Part shown: positions 13,851 to 24,936 of the stretch, one piece after another
How positions within the stretch are numbered: position 1 is the first letter of the stretch
Layout of the letters: each line of letters begins with the position of its first letter
Source of the DNA: Callorhinchus milii
Taxonomy: Eukaryota
Direction: 5' to 3'
Length of the DNA: 64,000 bases
Assembly (NCBI RefSeq): GCF_018977255.1
Contig: NW_024704743.1
Span: 96,040,001 to 96,104,000 of the forward strand
The notes under the pieces: model-generated
What the model was told of the DNA's origin: nothing
What the model saw: only the letters and a program-made list of their open reading frames with translations
The model's database searches: none
Translations under genes and position numbers: made by a program

Positions 13851-14569
13851 GTAATTATCCTTTATACAGCATATTCAATTCCGCTGCATCATGCAATAAA
13901 CTCAATATCACTGTTCAAATCACATGCACAATGACACTTCAGTCCACATGATGAGGTTTTGATATAGGAATCGTATGACGTTGTGTGATATACCTGCTTT
14001 CCATTAAAAAAATGCATAAACCATTCATTCCATGTTGTACAACATAAAATGTGTTCTGCACCTAAAGGGCATTTAAAGGTTGCAACGCAATTCAGAGAGG
14101 TCTTGTTGATAAGCCATTCAAGCTTTCCTTCTGCCATTTGTAAAGTCATCATAACCTATTGAAATGCTATCTCGTAAGTACTTTTCAAATTCTACTTAAA
14201 TTCTAAATCTGACATAAACATCCATGAACATAAACACCTCACTAACATGTAAGGCGTGGTACGTATTCATCAAACCTACTGTGAACGGTCATAATATATC
14301 TAGCCGTACAGCTGATCTTCGAGGAGAAAAAGGTTAGCAGCTCCTCCTATTATTCTTGCTGCCAAGACTGTAGCGTTCAGCACATCAAAAACCTGTCATT
14401 CAGTCATTCGGTATGTGACCTGCATTAATGTCACGGCTTAAAACGAAAACAAACCGCGCAGCTTTGCAAACCGGCCTCCGTGGCTGCTCACTGGTGTGGA
14501 GGCTGACCTGACACTGACAGTTCTGCACATGAACGATTTGCAGTTTGACGATCAAATGTCACCGAGAAA

Positions 14570-15030
14570 ATCAAGTGGGTGAGGCGGCGGCCGCCACCGA
14601 CACCCTGACAAACCCCGACAGGGCCGGGCAGGGCCGGGCCGGGCGCTGCCGCCCCCAGCGGAGAGGCCGAGGCCCGGCCCCGGGGCAGGGAGACAGGGAG
14701 ACACCCACACAAAGAGGCGGCGGCGCTGCTCGGGGAGGCTGACGGGCCGCGGGTTCGCGCTGCGCAGCTGAGGACTACCCGCGCGGGAGGCCCCGGCTCT
14801 GCTCGGACAGGGGTCAGCGAGCGGGGCCAGGAGCCGGGGGTGTGCGCGGGAGGGCGGGGAGGCCGAGGCGGGTCATACCTCGGAGTTGGGGTGTTTGAAA
14901 GTGTCTAAAAAGAGCAGCTCAGCCGCCGCGTCCGCCATGACAGCCTCACACCATCACTTCCGGTACAAGATCCACTTCCGGCTCAGGGCGCGAGGAGCGC
15001 GCGTGCGCACTAGGTCCCGGGACGGCTGGC
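14570..15030 (-). promoter_or_regulatory. VIRMA CpG-island housekeeping-type promoter
   Basis: GC/CpG-rich; two ETS/GABP-type CCGGAAGTG sites (14955-14963, 14973-14981, minus strand) and an NRF1-type TGCGCACGCGC site (~14999-15009) just 5' of the ATG. Confidence 0.8.
14879..14938 (-). CDS. VIRMA: VIRMA coding exon 1 (start codon)
   Basis: ATG at 14938; MADAAAELLFLDTFKHPNSE matches the VIRMA N-terminus (ELLFLDTFKHP); GAG|gtatga donor; inside a CpG island. Confidence 0.95.
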
Positions 15031-15037
15031 GTGGTCA

Positions 15038-16420
15038 ACAAACAACAACAACAACAACAACAGGTGGCATTCAGGGAATACCTCTCATGTCGACAACACC
15101 ACCGAGTGCTGTCTGGTCCAGTGTTGGATTGTGAGGGCTGCAGCTGCGAACATGAAGATCAGACACAGTTAAAGAGGAAGGTCTTGAGGCAGACCTTGAA
15201 GGAGGGGAGGGAGGGGGTGAGGGGAGGGAGGGGGTGAGGCGAGGGAGGGGGTGAGGCGAGGGAGAGGGCGAGGGAGGGGCGAGGGAGGGGGTGAGGCGAG
15301 GGAGGGGGGGCGAGGAGGGTGAGGCGGGGGAGGGGGTGAGGCGAGGGAGAGGGCGAGGGAGGGGGTGAGGCGAGGGAGGGGCGAGGGAGGGGTGAGGCGA
15401 GGGAGGGGGTGAGGCGGAGGGAGGGGGTGAGGCGAGGGAGGGGGTGAGGCGGGGGAGGGGGTGAGGCGAGGGAGAGGGCGAGGGCGAGGGAGAGGGCGAG
15501 GGAGAGGGAGAGGCGAGGGAGAGGGGCGAGGGGGGGAGGGCGAGGGAGGGGGAGAGGCGAGGGAGGGGGTGAGGCGAGGGAGGAGGCGAGGGAGGGGGTG
15601 AGGCGAGGGAGAGGGCGAGGGAGGGGGTGAGGGGAGGGGGAGCGGGGAGGGGGTGAGGCAGGGGAGGGGGTGAGGCGAGGGAGGGGGAGAGGGAGGGGGG
15701 AGGGAGGGGGGGAGGGGGGGAGCGGGGGAGGGGGAAGGGAGGGGGTGAGGCGGGGAGAGGGCGAGGGAGGGGGTGAGGCGAGGGAGAGGGCGAGGGAGGG
15801 AGTGAGGCGGGGGAGAGGGCGAGGGAGGGGGTGAGGCGAGGGAGGGGATGAGGCGAGGGAGGGGGTGAGGCGAGGGAGGGGGAGGGGGAGGGGGTGAGGC
15901 GAGGGAGAGGGAGGGGTTGAGGCGAGGAAGAGGGCGAGGGAGGGGGTGAGACGAGGGAGAGGGCGAGGGAGGGGGTGAGACGAGGGAGAGGGCGAGGGAG
16001 GGGGTGAGGCGAGTGAAAAGACTCCAGGATGCAAAGGTTGAAGGCTGGTGGTGGGGCGGACAGGGCGGGGGATGTGAAGTGAGCCAGAACCAGTGTCTGC
16101 CGAGCGGAGGGAGCGGGCAGAGTATTAGGGCTTTAGGAGCTCACAGAGGTTGGGTAGGACAAGTCCATGAAAAGCTTTAAAAGTGAGGCAGATGATCCAG
16201 ACCTCAGGACCTCAACAACTCGTGACTGTGAGCAACTGGTCATTATCCTGGGTGGGGGGGTAGGTAAGCAGGATTTCTTTAGAGCTGAGCTGGCTCCAAA
16301 GTGACATGCTTGGCAACAGAATATTAGTATCAAACCAACACTCTCTGGTGGTCTCGGTAGACCAGTCCTATGGTGGGTGAGTCCACAGTACTCCATGGCA
16401 CTGCTGATGACAGTACAGAC
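15038..16420 (-). mobile_element. L2-clade LINE 3' fragment interrupted by the minisatellite
   Basis: (CAA)n tail at 15038-15062; flanks of the satellite match the reverse complement of L2 copies at 13.1-13.8 kb (...PSFKVCLKTFLF in ORF 15159..16034). Confidence 0.7.
15200..16015. repeat. G/A-rich minisatellite (units like GGGAGGGGGTGAGGCGA and GGGAGAGGGCGA) embedded in an L2 fragment
   Basis: ~810 bp of visibly iterated 11-17 bp units, nearly all purine on the + strand. Confidence 0.92.
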
Positions 16421-17458
16421 AGCCTAGCTCATCGGCAGGATGTGGAGAGGCAGACGAGTAACTGAAGGACCATGATTCTTAGTACATCGCAGACTCTGGA
16501 GTCGCCAAGCCTGAGCTCTCACCAATCTGCATCTTGTACTCTCTGAAATTAGGTAATCAGGATACATCCCTCGAGGAAGAGATTGTGCAATCCATTCCAG
16601 ACCCAACATATTTCCAATGGATAGATGGCATATATAGATCTAACTCTGTCTGATTTGGATATTCTTTCGTCTGAGAATGGGTTTCTGAATGTGTCAGACA
16701 CCAGGTTGACTAAAAAAGTTGCCTCATGTTAATTTTTTTAGGAAGATGAAAGACTTGTTGTATTTGTATTTTTTATTTGTCATTGTCAATCTAACTAATA
16801 CTTATTTCATTTGGTCATGTCTTAATAAATAATCCTTGCATTTTGACATACAGTATATAGTGCCTATATATCAAAGTACCACAGGTAATTGCTGTCTAGA
16901 ATAACAAGTAATGGAGTGGTTAAGAGTACTCGCCTCGCAAGCAAGCGATCTGGGTTCAATTTGTGGCAGAGCGAAATGTTGGGCTAGCTTCTTTACTCCA
17001 CAAGTCTGTTTACCTAGCAGTAAGTAAGAACCCGGTTGTCAGTCGATTGGCTGATCGCTTTTACGGGGGGAATAATTCCTTCAAAAAAAATAAATGGATG
17101 ATAATAAATGGATGCAGGCTGAAATCAACAAGTGCTCCATAATACACAAAATGCCACTGGGAGGAGGGAGGTATGTTATTTGTGGAGGTAAGGAGGGCAT
17201 TAGAAATTTGGGGATTGATGGATGGTCGGAAGTTAATATAATAATCCTTGCATTTGATGTAGAGACTTTGAACAAAAAAANCAGCATGAATTGGACAAGT
17301 GCCACCTGGTGAGGGGATGACTCAGGCACAGTCGCAGAGTCAGCGTGCCTGCATCGCAAGAGAACTATGTCGTCGTCGAGACATCTCAAAGTGCTTCATA
17401 GAATATTCTGTTAAGTGGATTGACTGTATTTTGTGGGAGAAACGCAACACCCAATTGC

Positions 17459-17886
17459 TGTAAGTTTATGGGTTCATCACAATGTAATACAAGAGTTAAT
17501 GTTTTAAGAACAAAAGTCAATACATACAACTAGGGACCCTTCGGATTATAGGCGCTCCAATCCTTCCTCCGAGAGAAAATGACGACCACTTTGTGTACGT
17601 TGTTGATCTGCCCTCCTTCCCCTTTGCCTTGGTCTCTCTGAGTCTCTTACTAGGAGGAGGTTTTCTATCTCCATCCCAGGATAAAATGGCCTCATCTTTC
17701 TCCTTCACACCACACACCCTGCCATGTGGCTGTGTTGATTCTGCTACTGCATCTGTGTCATCCCCTCACCAGGTGGCACTAGTCCAGTTCAGGTTTCTTT
17801 GCAACAAAATCTCTTGTTACACAGAAACCAGCCAACCCGAGATGAGAAGAGGGGGTGTCTCAGCCGCACTCTTTCATCAGCTTACA
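17459..17886 (-). mobile_element. 3' LTR of the retrovirus-like element (428 bp)
   Basis: Termini TGTAAG...CTTACA; preceded on the minus strand by purine tract AAGGGAGGA; inserted into a SINE tail that is cut at aattgc. Confidence 0.75.
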
Positions 17887-18016
17887 GTCCTCCCTTAGCT
17901 GCTGTTTGGCTGATGTACCATTGCCTACAGGATCTACGAAACGATAATCCTCAGAACAATTGGATGAACTTTAAAACATTGACGTATGTCATTAATGTAT
18001 CTTCCTCAAAGCCATT

Positions 18017-18742
18017 TGTAAGATTCTGTAATTAATGTGTTAAATAATATCTCAAATTATATTAGCGATGTTTATATATTTGAGACATATGATCAATCTC
18101 ATATGATGGGAGCTGGTTGTGACTAGATTCGCAGACTGTTTATAAACAACAAACTCTTTTCAGTCCTTATCAGTCATTTTCTCATGGAAAAATGGTCTCA
18201 GCTGGAAAGAGCTATGTTGCATTTTTTCACAAAGGAACTACCTTGCAAAAGACAATAGGTGAAAGGTCACCTACTCAACAGTATAAATGGAGATCGATTT
18301 GGAAGAGAATCAGAAAAAGTAATTGGAGAAGGAGAGGGATTGAATTGGACGAGCCGTTATAGAATTGGACGTGCCATAATACCTGGATACTTCAGGTGAT
18401 CAAATTGAACATACAATAATACCTGGATACTTTTGGGTGATTGATCTGAAACGTACAACCATACTTGGATACCTTTTGATGGACACATATATTTGGATTG
18501 AAAAGGACACATTAAAATGGACATTAAATTGGACGTTGCTACTTTATCTCTTCTGCAGCTTTTGGTTAGGACAACTTATATCGTTGTGAACTGTACATCG
18601 ATACGTAAGCATTATTGTGATGTATTCTTTTAATTACTTATAACTATTACTAATCTGAATTAATAAACATCTATATTTTTGTACAGCATTTGTTTCAGTT
18701 CTTACTTCACTGCAGGGTCACAAATTTAAATTAACCCTTACA
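18017..18742 (+). mobile_element. Nested solo LTR (726 bp) with 4-bp target-site duplication
   Basis: Termini TGTAAG...CTTACA flanked by CATT on both sides; TATAAA 18282-18287, AATAAA 18662-18667; internal (acctggatac...) tandem units at 18380-18475. Confidence 0.85.
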
Positions 18743-19829
18743 CATTACAGGGACTGTCATACATCTGTTGGTGAACCTTATTCTGTGTTTTTAGTATTAA
18801 CCATTTGCCACACATACTTATCAAAGTGCAAATGTCCATTAAACCATCAGTTTACTGACGATGAATTTTCTTTCTTCAGCAGTTTGCATCTGTTCGGTCA
18901 CCATTCTCAAACCCAGAGGATGTCTTTTCACACCACTTTGAATCCTGTAACATACACTTCACTTTTATTAACTACCGGTAATTATATTGTAAAAGTAATA
19001 TAAAACAAATCAGAATATTTACATGAACTATTAGCCATTTTATCGCTACACTTAAGCAATCCTAGGTGTAAGGTAACATATCCCAAATTATAAATGGTCG
19101 AATGTTTTGGTATATTCTCACATTCTATGTTTTTAAATCTTGATCACTTACTAAATTCGGCACTCTTCCCAACTGAGTATCTTCTTGTGTTCTTTACAAA
19201 GTTTATATAAAGTTATGCTCCATAAGCATTACACATTGTGGCTAAAGCTATCATTTTCCCGTCTTCTTCAGAATCTTTTAACATAGCTGGCTGGATTATA
19301 CAAGACGCCTTTACCAACATTTCCTGCAATCTCAAATGCTACAGCTATATTAACCACCCTAATCTTCTCCAGTGAACCACATCCTCATTCATGTCCTGTT
19401 TTGTTTCCCAATCTTTCACTTAACTGCTATCACCCGTTCAGTTATGTTTCTTCTTTTTAACATTTGGTTACTGTGATCGTCCCAATTCTCGCGCTGCACC
19501 ACCCCCACCCATACTGAACATGTTACTAATGTCCGTGTTGAGGTTCTTTATGGGGTTGTTGGCTGCTGTTGTGGAATAGACAGCTGGCTGGGTTGATGTT
19601 GCCTGCTAGTCTCCCACCTTGACGGTTGAGCTAAAATGGAAAGGGAAGATTGGCTTTGTGTGTGGGAGGGTTGGGGAGGAAAGGCTAAGTCATCCAAGAA
19701 GAAGTCACTGCACGGGATGGGAAGAGGGAGATCATCATTAGGCACAGAAGGCATCACCATAGACACCATGGGTTGTGATGAATCATTTGTGTTGGTACCT
19801 GTGGGGACTGAATCACAAGGTGAAGGCTC

Positions 19830-22050
19830 CTGTGCTTTAAACAGTTTCAGTTGTTTAATGTGATAGCAGTAGTCTGTGATTGCCATGTGAGGTGGGAATA
19901 GAAATTTGATAACAATGTAAAAGGAGCCAGTATGTTTAGCACAAAGTTGACCTACTAAATTATGAACTTTAAGTATATTTAGATAATTATTTGGGGAGGA
20001 CAAGTTTGCAGGGCTATGGGGAGAGAGCTTGATTGTTTTGGATATCTGTTTTCAAAGAGCCGCCACAGACACAATAGACTGAATGGCCTCCTGTGCTGTA
20101 TAATTCTATGATTCTATGTAACACCTTTTGTCCAATTTCCCACTGTTCTTCATGAATATTTTGGTCAAAAATCATCTTAATAGATTTTTTGGATGCTGTG
20201 ATATTAAATGCAACATAATTATGAACTTTGTGTGAGTGAGACAGTAAATGAGCACCTAATTTTCCTGCGTGATACTCTGAATTTCATGTGCTAACAATCC
20301 ATCTGTCCACAAATGTTTAGGCATTTTAAGAATGCGGCCAGTCATTACTTCATGGGGTGAAAACCCAGAAGGTTGTGTGGGGGTGGCATGCAAACTCATA
20401 AGCTCCATAGGTAATAGTTGATTCAATGATCGACTGAAGCTGTCCACCATCTTTTTAAGCACTGTTTTCAGGGAGCAATTCATATCCTCTAAAATACCCG
20501 AAGCCTGTGGAGTCCTGTAGCTCAGTGGTTAGAACTCTCGCCTTGCAAGCGAGAGACCTCGGTTTGATTCCCGGCAGGGAGAAACCTTGGACAAGTTTCC
20601 TTACTCCACACGCCTGATAATAATCCTTCAAAAAAAAACAATAATAAAATTGGTCACTTCCATCCACTACTGTTTGTGGGACACTGCTGTGCGCAATTGG
20701 CTGCCGCGTTTCACCCACAAATATACAGTCAATTCACTTTACAGTCTTTTCTGTGAAGCGCATTGAGACGCCTAGAAGATGTGAAAAAGCGCTATATCAA
20801 ATGCAAGGATTATTATTATGATATGGAATTGCTGCTTAATTCCCAGCAAATGAATTACATGTTGATTAGATTCACCAGTGAAGTGAGTACCCTAATCCAA
20901 GTCAATAGATTGAGGGAGGCCCCGCTGAGTAAAAATATGTTAAATTAATATTTTAGCAGTTGTAGAAGCAGTAGCATTGCACACTGGAAAGGCTTCCACT
21001 CATTTGGAAAATACATCAGCTACTTCCAAAATATATTGATTCCCCCGTGCTGTACCAGAGAAAGAACCAATGTAATCAATTTGGAGATCCACCCAGGGAC
21101 CCTTAATTCTTCTGGTATGCTGCAAAAGAGCCTTTTTTCTTTTTGGATCTGGATTGTACTGAGCACAAATAAGACAATTGTCGTAATAATTCTGTATATC
21201 GCGCACAATTTTTGGCCAGCATCCCACATATGGAACAGGTTTCAAGGTATTGTTATATGCTAGGTGTCCTCCAATGGGTAATTCATGCACCATATAATGA
21301 AGTCATTACCAACTTGTTGGGGGACAACCCACAAGAGATTGACACCTGTATTAGTATAAAAGGAAATGCTCTCTTTAACGTTAAGATTAGTGCGATATTG
21401 TGAGAATTGGTTGGGAAGAGGGGAATTAGAATTGAGAGCTTTAATACAAGACAAAATTAGTGGATCACTCTGTTGAGATGCTGTCACGTTTAGAACAGAT
21501 TCTTCAAGAGTACGTCTGCTGATGTGAGCCATGGGACTTGCTGTTGTCGGAGAATGCCATTCCTGACCTGATTTAGCCCCACTCTTAGCAATTTCATCCG
21601 TTCTATTGTTGCCAGCTGCAAGCAGACCTACCTTACTGTGGGCTTTAACTTTATGTATGGCAATTTGCCCCTTAAAATCTTCAGCTACTTCCAGTATATG
21701 CTGTAATTGTGATGCATATGCCAGAGGCTTACCATCCGCAGACGTAAATCTTCGAGCTTGCCAAATGGGTAAGTATTCTGTTAGTGAATTACAAACATAT
21801 GATGAGTCAGAGTAAATGGTTAATGGTAGTCCGAAATCTTTAACATGATCCACTACATATGTCACAGCAGCCAGTTCTGAAGCAGAGGACATTTTAATTC
21901 CTGAGTCCACTTGTTTTTGTGGGCAGAAGATTCCGAAGCCTGTGTATCACTTTCCATCCTTAACATAACTAGACCCATCCATATAAATGAAAGCAGCATT
22001 TTCTATGTCTTCACCTGCAAAGGGTCCCAAATAATGTGGTACAAAATCAA
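19830..22050 (-). pseudogene. Degenerate pol remnant: retroviral-type RNase HI plus integrase (HHCC, core, C-terminal part)
   Basis: IYMDGSSY...TGFGIF, ELAAV, IYSDSSY, HKVKAHS..GNNRTDEIAK (RNase HI); HELPIGGH...CLICAQ; PWVDLQIDYIG...YILEVADVFSK; GFSPHEVMTGR; YHIKQLK; broken by stops, frameshifts, a SINE (20509-20820) and a CR1-type tail (~20005-20118). Confidence 0.9.
20509..20820 (+). mobile_element. Full-length tRNA-derived SINE inserted in the integrase remnant
   Basis: ggagtcctgtagctcagtggttaga...ggtttgattccc head, L2-like tail, (att)n end. Confidence 0.88.
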
Positions 22051-22568
22051 TGGTCAAATTGAGTAAGATCTCAACTGAGGCCAGGGACCCCATCATTTCG
22101 TATTTGTCACAGGTTCCCCTGATCCTCTTTTACTTTCTTCTAGTCCCTTCTTAACAAGGCATTTCATCATGTTTCGGAGATCGTGTCTCAACCGGGCATA
22201 CAGTTTGCGTCCCGAGGGGACGATTCTCCCACGTTCTCCTCGACCTTCATTCAGCCTGTAGCTTTCTTGACCAGTTGGTATCTGCAACCGTTGCTGCATC
22301 ACGAGCGCCATAGGAGCAGAAAACGTTACGGCCGATGCCAGTGGTGCAGACGTTACGGCCGAATGGGCCGATGGCCCATTCATCCACTGGTCACCGTCGT
22401 GGTAATGGTACGCCTCATCACCAAGGTCATCCACATTGTTATCACCTGAGGAACTTTGCAGGACCATAATAATGGCACAAATCTTTTGTCTTTCTGCAGC
22501 AAGCATTTTCTTTAGTGCACTAATCTGACTTTCACACCCTTTCTGTGAAACACTCTTTTAATTATTTC

Positions 22569-22695
22569 AAAACACAAGATGCTGGAATCTGAAACAAAAA
22601 CAGAGAGAGTTGGGAAAACTCAGCAGGTTAGGCAGCATCTATGGAAAAAGGAAAGTGAGTCAACATTTCAGGTCCACAACTCTTCATCAGAACCG
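22569..22695 (-). mobile_element. Second Penelope-like terminal fragment inside the LTR element
   Basis: Near-copy of 23140-23267 (gatgctggaatctgaaacaaaaacag...catttcaggtccacaac.cttcatcagaac). Confidence 0.75.
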
Positions 22696-23068
22696 AAGGG
22701 TTCTCCTCTTCCATGGGCTGTGCGGCTTTGCGAGAGTTTCTTTCTACCTTTAATTTTTCGGACTTACTTTGGCCATATGCTCTCTTGATTGTGCTCTCAA
22801 TAATAAGAATAAGAATAAAGTGAGCGTTAAATATTCTGGTTCTATTTTTTTCATTTCTTTTACCAACTACGCAGCTCGTTAAGGATTTAACTCCTTCACA
22901 TCCAACTTTACACTGACTCGAAGGAAACTTCCTTAACTTTGCCAGGTGGTCGCTCACTTATACCGTCACTAGGTTTCTGGACTACCAGTTTCAGTTAGAT
23001 TAATTGATTAGTACTTAATAACTTGTATTAAATTTGTGAATAAAGACGAATTACTTTTTATTCTCACC

Positions 23069-23086
23069 GTCCAATCTGGGGAGCCA
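23069..23086 (-). other. Primer-binding site, tRNA-Arg-like (TGGCTCCCCAGATTGGAC)
   Basis: Starts with TGG 3 nt after the LTR's terminal ACA; about 16/18 match to the complement of a vertebrate tRNA-Arg(CCU) 3' end as recalled (TGGCACCCCAGATGGGAC). Confidence 0.7.
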
Positions 23087-23130
23087 ATCTGTAAGTTATG
23101 GGTTCATCACAATGTAATACAGGAGTTAAA

Positions 23131-23640
23131 CAAAACACAAAATACTGCAGATGCTGGAAATCTGAAACAAAAACAGAAGTCACAGGAACACTCAGCATGT
23201 CAGGCAACATCTATGGAGAAAGGAAAGTCAGTCAACATTTCAGGTCCACAATCCTTCATCAGAACTGGGGAATGTTTGGCAGGGAGAGACTTTTAAGGAC
23301 TAACAGAGACGGGGGAGCCAGGGCAAAGAAAACAAAGGAGAAAATGGGGTAGAGGACAGCGGATGATGTGTTAATTATGCAAAACAATAGGGGAGAAAAT
23401 TGCAACAAAACAGGCAGACCAGAGAGAGAAAGGGTGTGTCTGGGACCCAGATGATGTGGTAATGGTCACAGAAGAGGGAAGGGGGAAGGTGAGCTGTTAT
23501 GGTTTGAAATTGTTGAAATCAATAGTGAGACCAGGCTGTAAGGTCTGTTCCTCGAGCTTGCGCTGTGGTTCATTGGAATAGGGTAGGAGACCATGGATGG
23601 AGAGGTCAGAGTGCAAGTGGGAGGGAGGGTTGAAGTGGCA
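23131..23640 (-). mobile_element. Penelope-like element 3' fragment with hammerhead-ribozyme core; truncates the 5' LTR
   Basis: Minus strand reads CHFNPPSHLHSDLSIHGLLPYSNEPQRKLEEQTLQPGLTIDFNNFKP* (PLE GIY-YIG C-terminus), followed by CTGATGA-AGG..CCT-GAAA at 23229-23267. Confidence 0.8.
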
Positions 23641-24379
23641 AGGTGGATATCTTAACCTAAATTTGATGCTCACAGATTAACACATGTCGTATAACTAAGG
23701 GCGATTTAGGGTTTTATTAATCATATTTCACATATTTTCTTCCAGAAAATCTAGTTGAAATATTGTAAAATTTGCATTGTAAAGACTGTGCTATTTTTAA
23801 TGGTCTACTTTTGTGTGGTCGGTTCTTACTATTTCTGATTCTGTTAAAACAGCGATGTATTGGTAATTGAGCTTGTGTATTTATATATATATAATATCAG
23901 ATCAATGCTGTAAAAGGGTCTAATAATATATAATGTTATACTATTTCTACAAATCCAAAATTAACACCCAGACCCGGAATTAAGTTGTTCTCCAGGTCGG
24001 AATTAAACGCCTCATTCTCTGCTTTGAAGCTGAACATTCGTTGCTCAATTCTACCGTTTTAGTCCAGAACAAAAACTCATATTCCTTGTACTTTTGGTTT
24101 CTTAAAGCGTATCAAACAACACCGCCTTCAGAATAGCCCACGTACTGCTGGTGGATGGATCTCAGGCAAATTGCGGGACGTCTCCTCTCTGCTTGACCTG
24201 GAAAGAATCCCACTGTCTGGCTACTGTACTTCACAGCAAACCCATTATTCTTCCTCGGCCAAGGATTTCCGGCTTTGAAAGAAATCAACCAGATTAAAAC
24301 GCACACCAAGCCATGGTAACACGCCTTCACAGTATGCTCAAAGAAAGGAACAGAGTTTTGCTTTTGAGCCTGACTTTTG

Positions 24380-24904
24380 GCTATGCTGTGGCTCTGACAG
24401 GTGGGATCTGAGGTCGAGCTATTCTCATTGGGGACAGTTAAGCCAGGAGGCAGTTTGACTAGTCAGAGCCCTCAGGTGCCCATCATCCAACTCCAGGGAC
24501 CACTATCACACACTCTCCTGCACCAACTGTGCCCAGTGTGATCCAGGGCTATCTTCCTTCTCCTTTGATCTGCTCTGACCCGCTCAGCTCCATGGCAGTC
24601 CAGATTTTCAAAGCACCTGCACCCACTTGGTTTTACGTTTAAACACACACACAGACACACACACACACACACACACAGGTAACAACAAAAAGTGCAACTG
24701 AGCAAACATTTGGGGATTAGAGTGTCATCTGCAAAGCAAGGATCAGACTCCTGCAGAGCGCAGAAATGTGGTCCTCGTTGCCAATCGCGGGCTTATTTTT
24801 TTTGTGTGGGTGGGGGGGTAGACCTTGTCGTGAAATATTCCGCGACGTTCATTCCCTGCCTGAACCCATACAAAGGGTTTCTCCCAGTTGTGAGGAGGAT
24901 GTGG

Positions 24905-24936
<32 letters not shown>

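Larger units (their letters stand above)
17459..23130 (-). mobile_element. Internally deleted retrovirus-like LTR element (5' LTR remnant, PBS, gag-like relic, RNase HI, integrase, possible env relic, PPT, 3' LTR)
   Basis: Shared ~40-bp LTR end tgtaagtt(t)atgggttcatcacaatgtaataca at 17459 and 23090; PBS at 23069-23086; PPT at 17888-17896; RNase H and integrase ORF remnants between them on the minus strand; no protease/RT recognised. Confidence 0.85.

Noticed and set aside
13121..13934. Cluster of overlapping 110-180 aa ORFs (similar clusters at 32.7-33.5, 54.3-55.2, 58.5-59.2 kb)
   Set aside because: Frames of decayed L2 ORF2 3' ends and their antisense; not host genes
15159..16034. 291-aa Pro/Ser/Leu-rich ORF
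   Set aside because: Translation of the G-rich minisatellite plus L2 flanks; no gene structure
17459..18742. One 1.28-kb LTR (TGTAAG...CTTACA)
   Set aside because: Resolved into a 428-bp 3' LTR with PPT and a separate 726-bp solo LTR bounded by a CATT duplication
20509..20580. tRNA(Ala/TGC)-like gene (also at ~7885, ~16910, ~39230)
   Set aside because: SINE heads continuing into a shared body and L2-type tail; acceptor stem not intact
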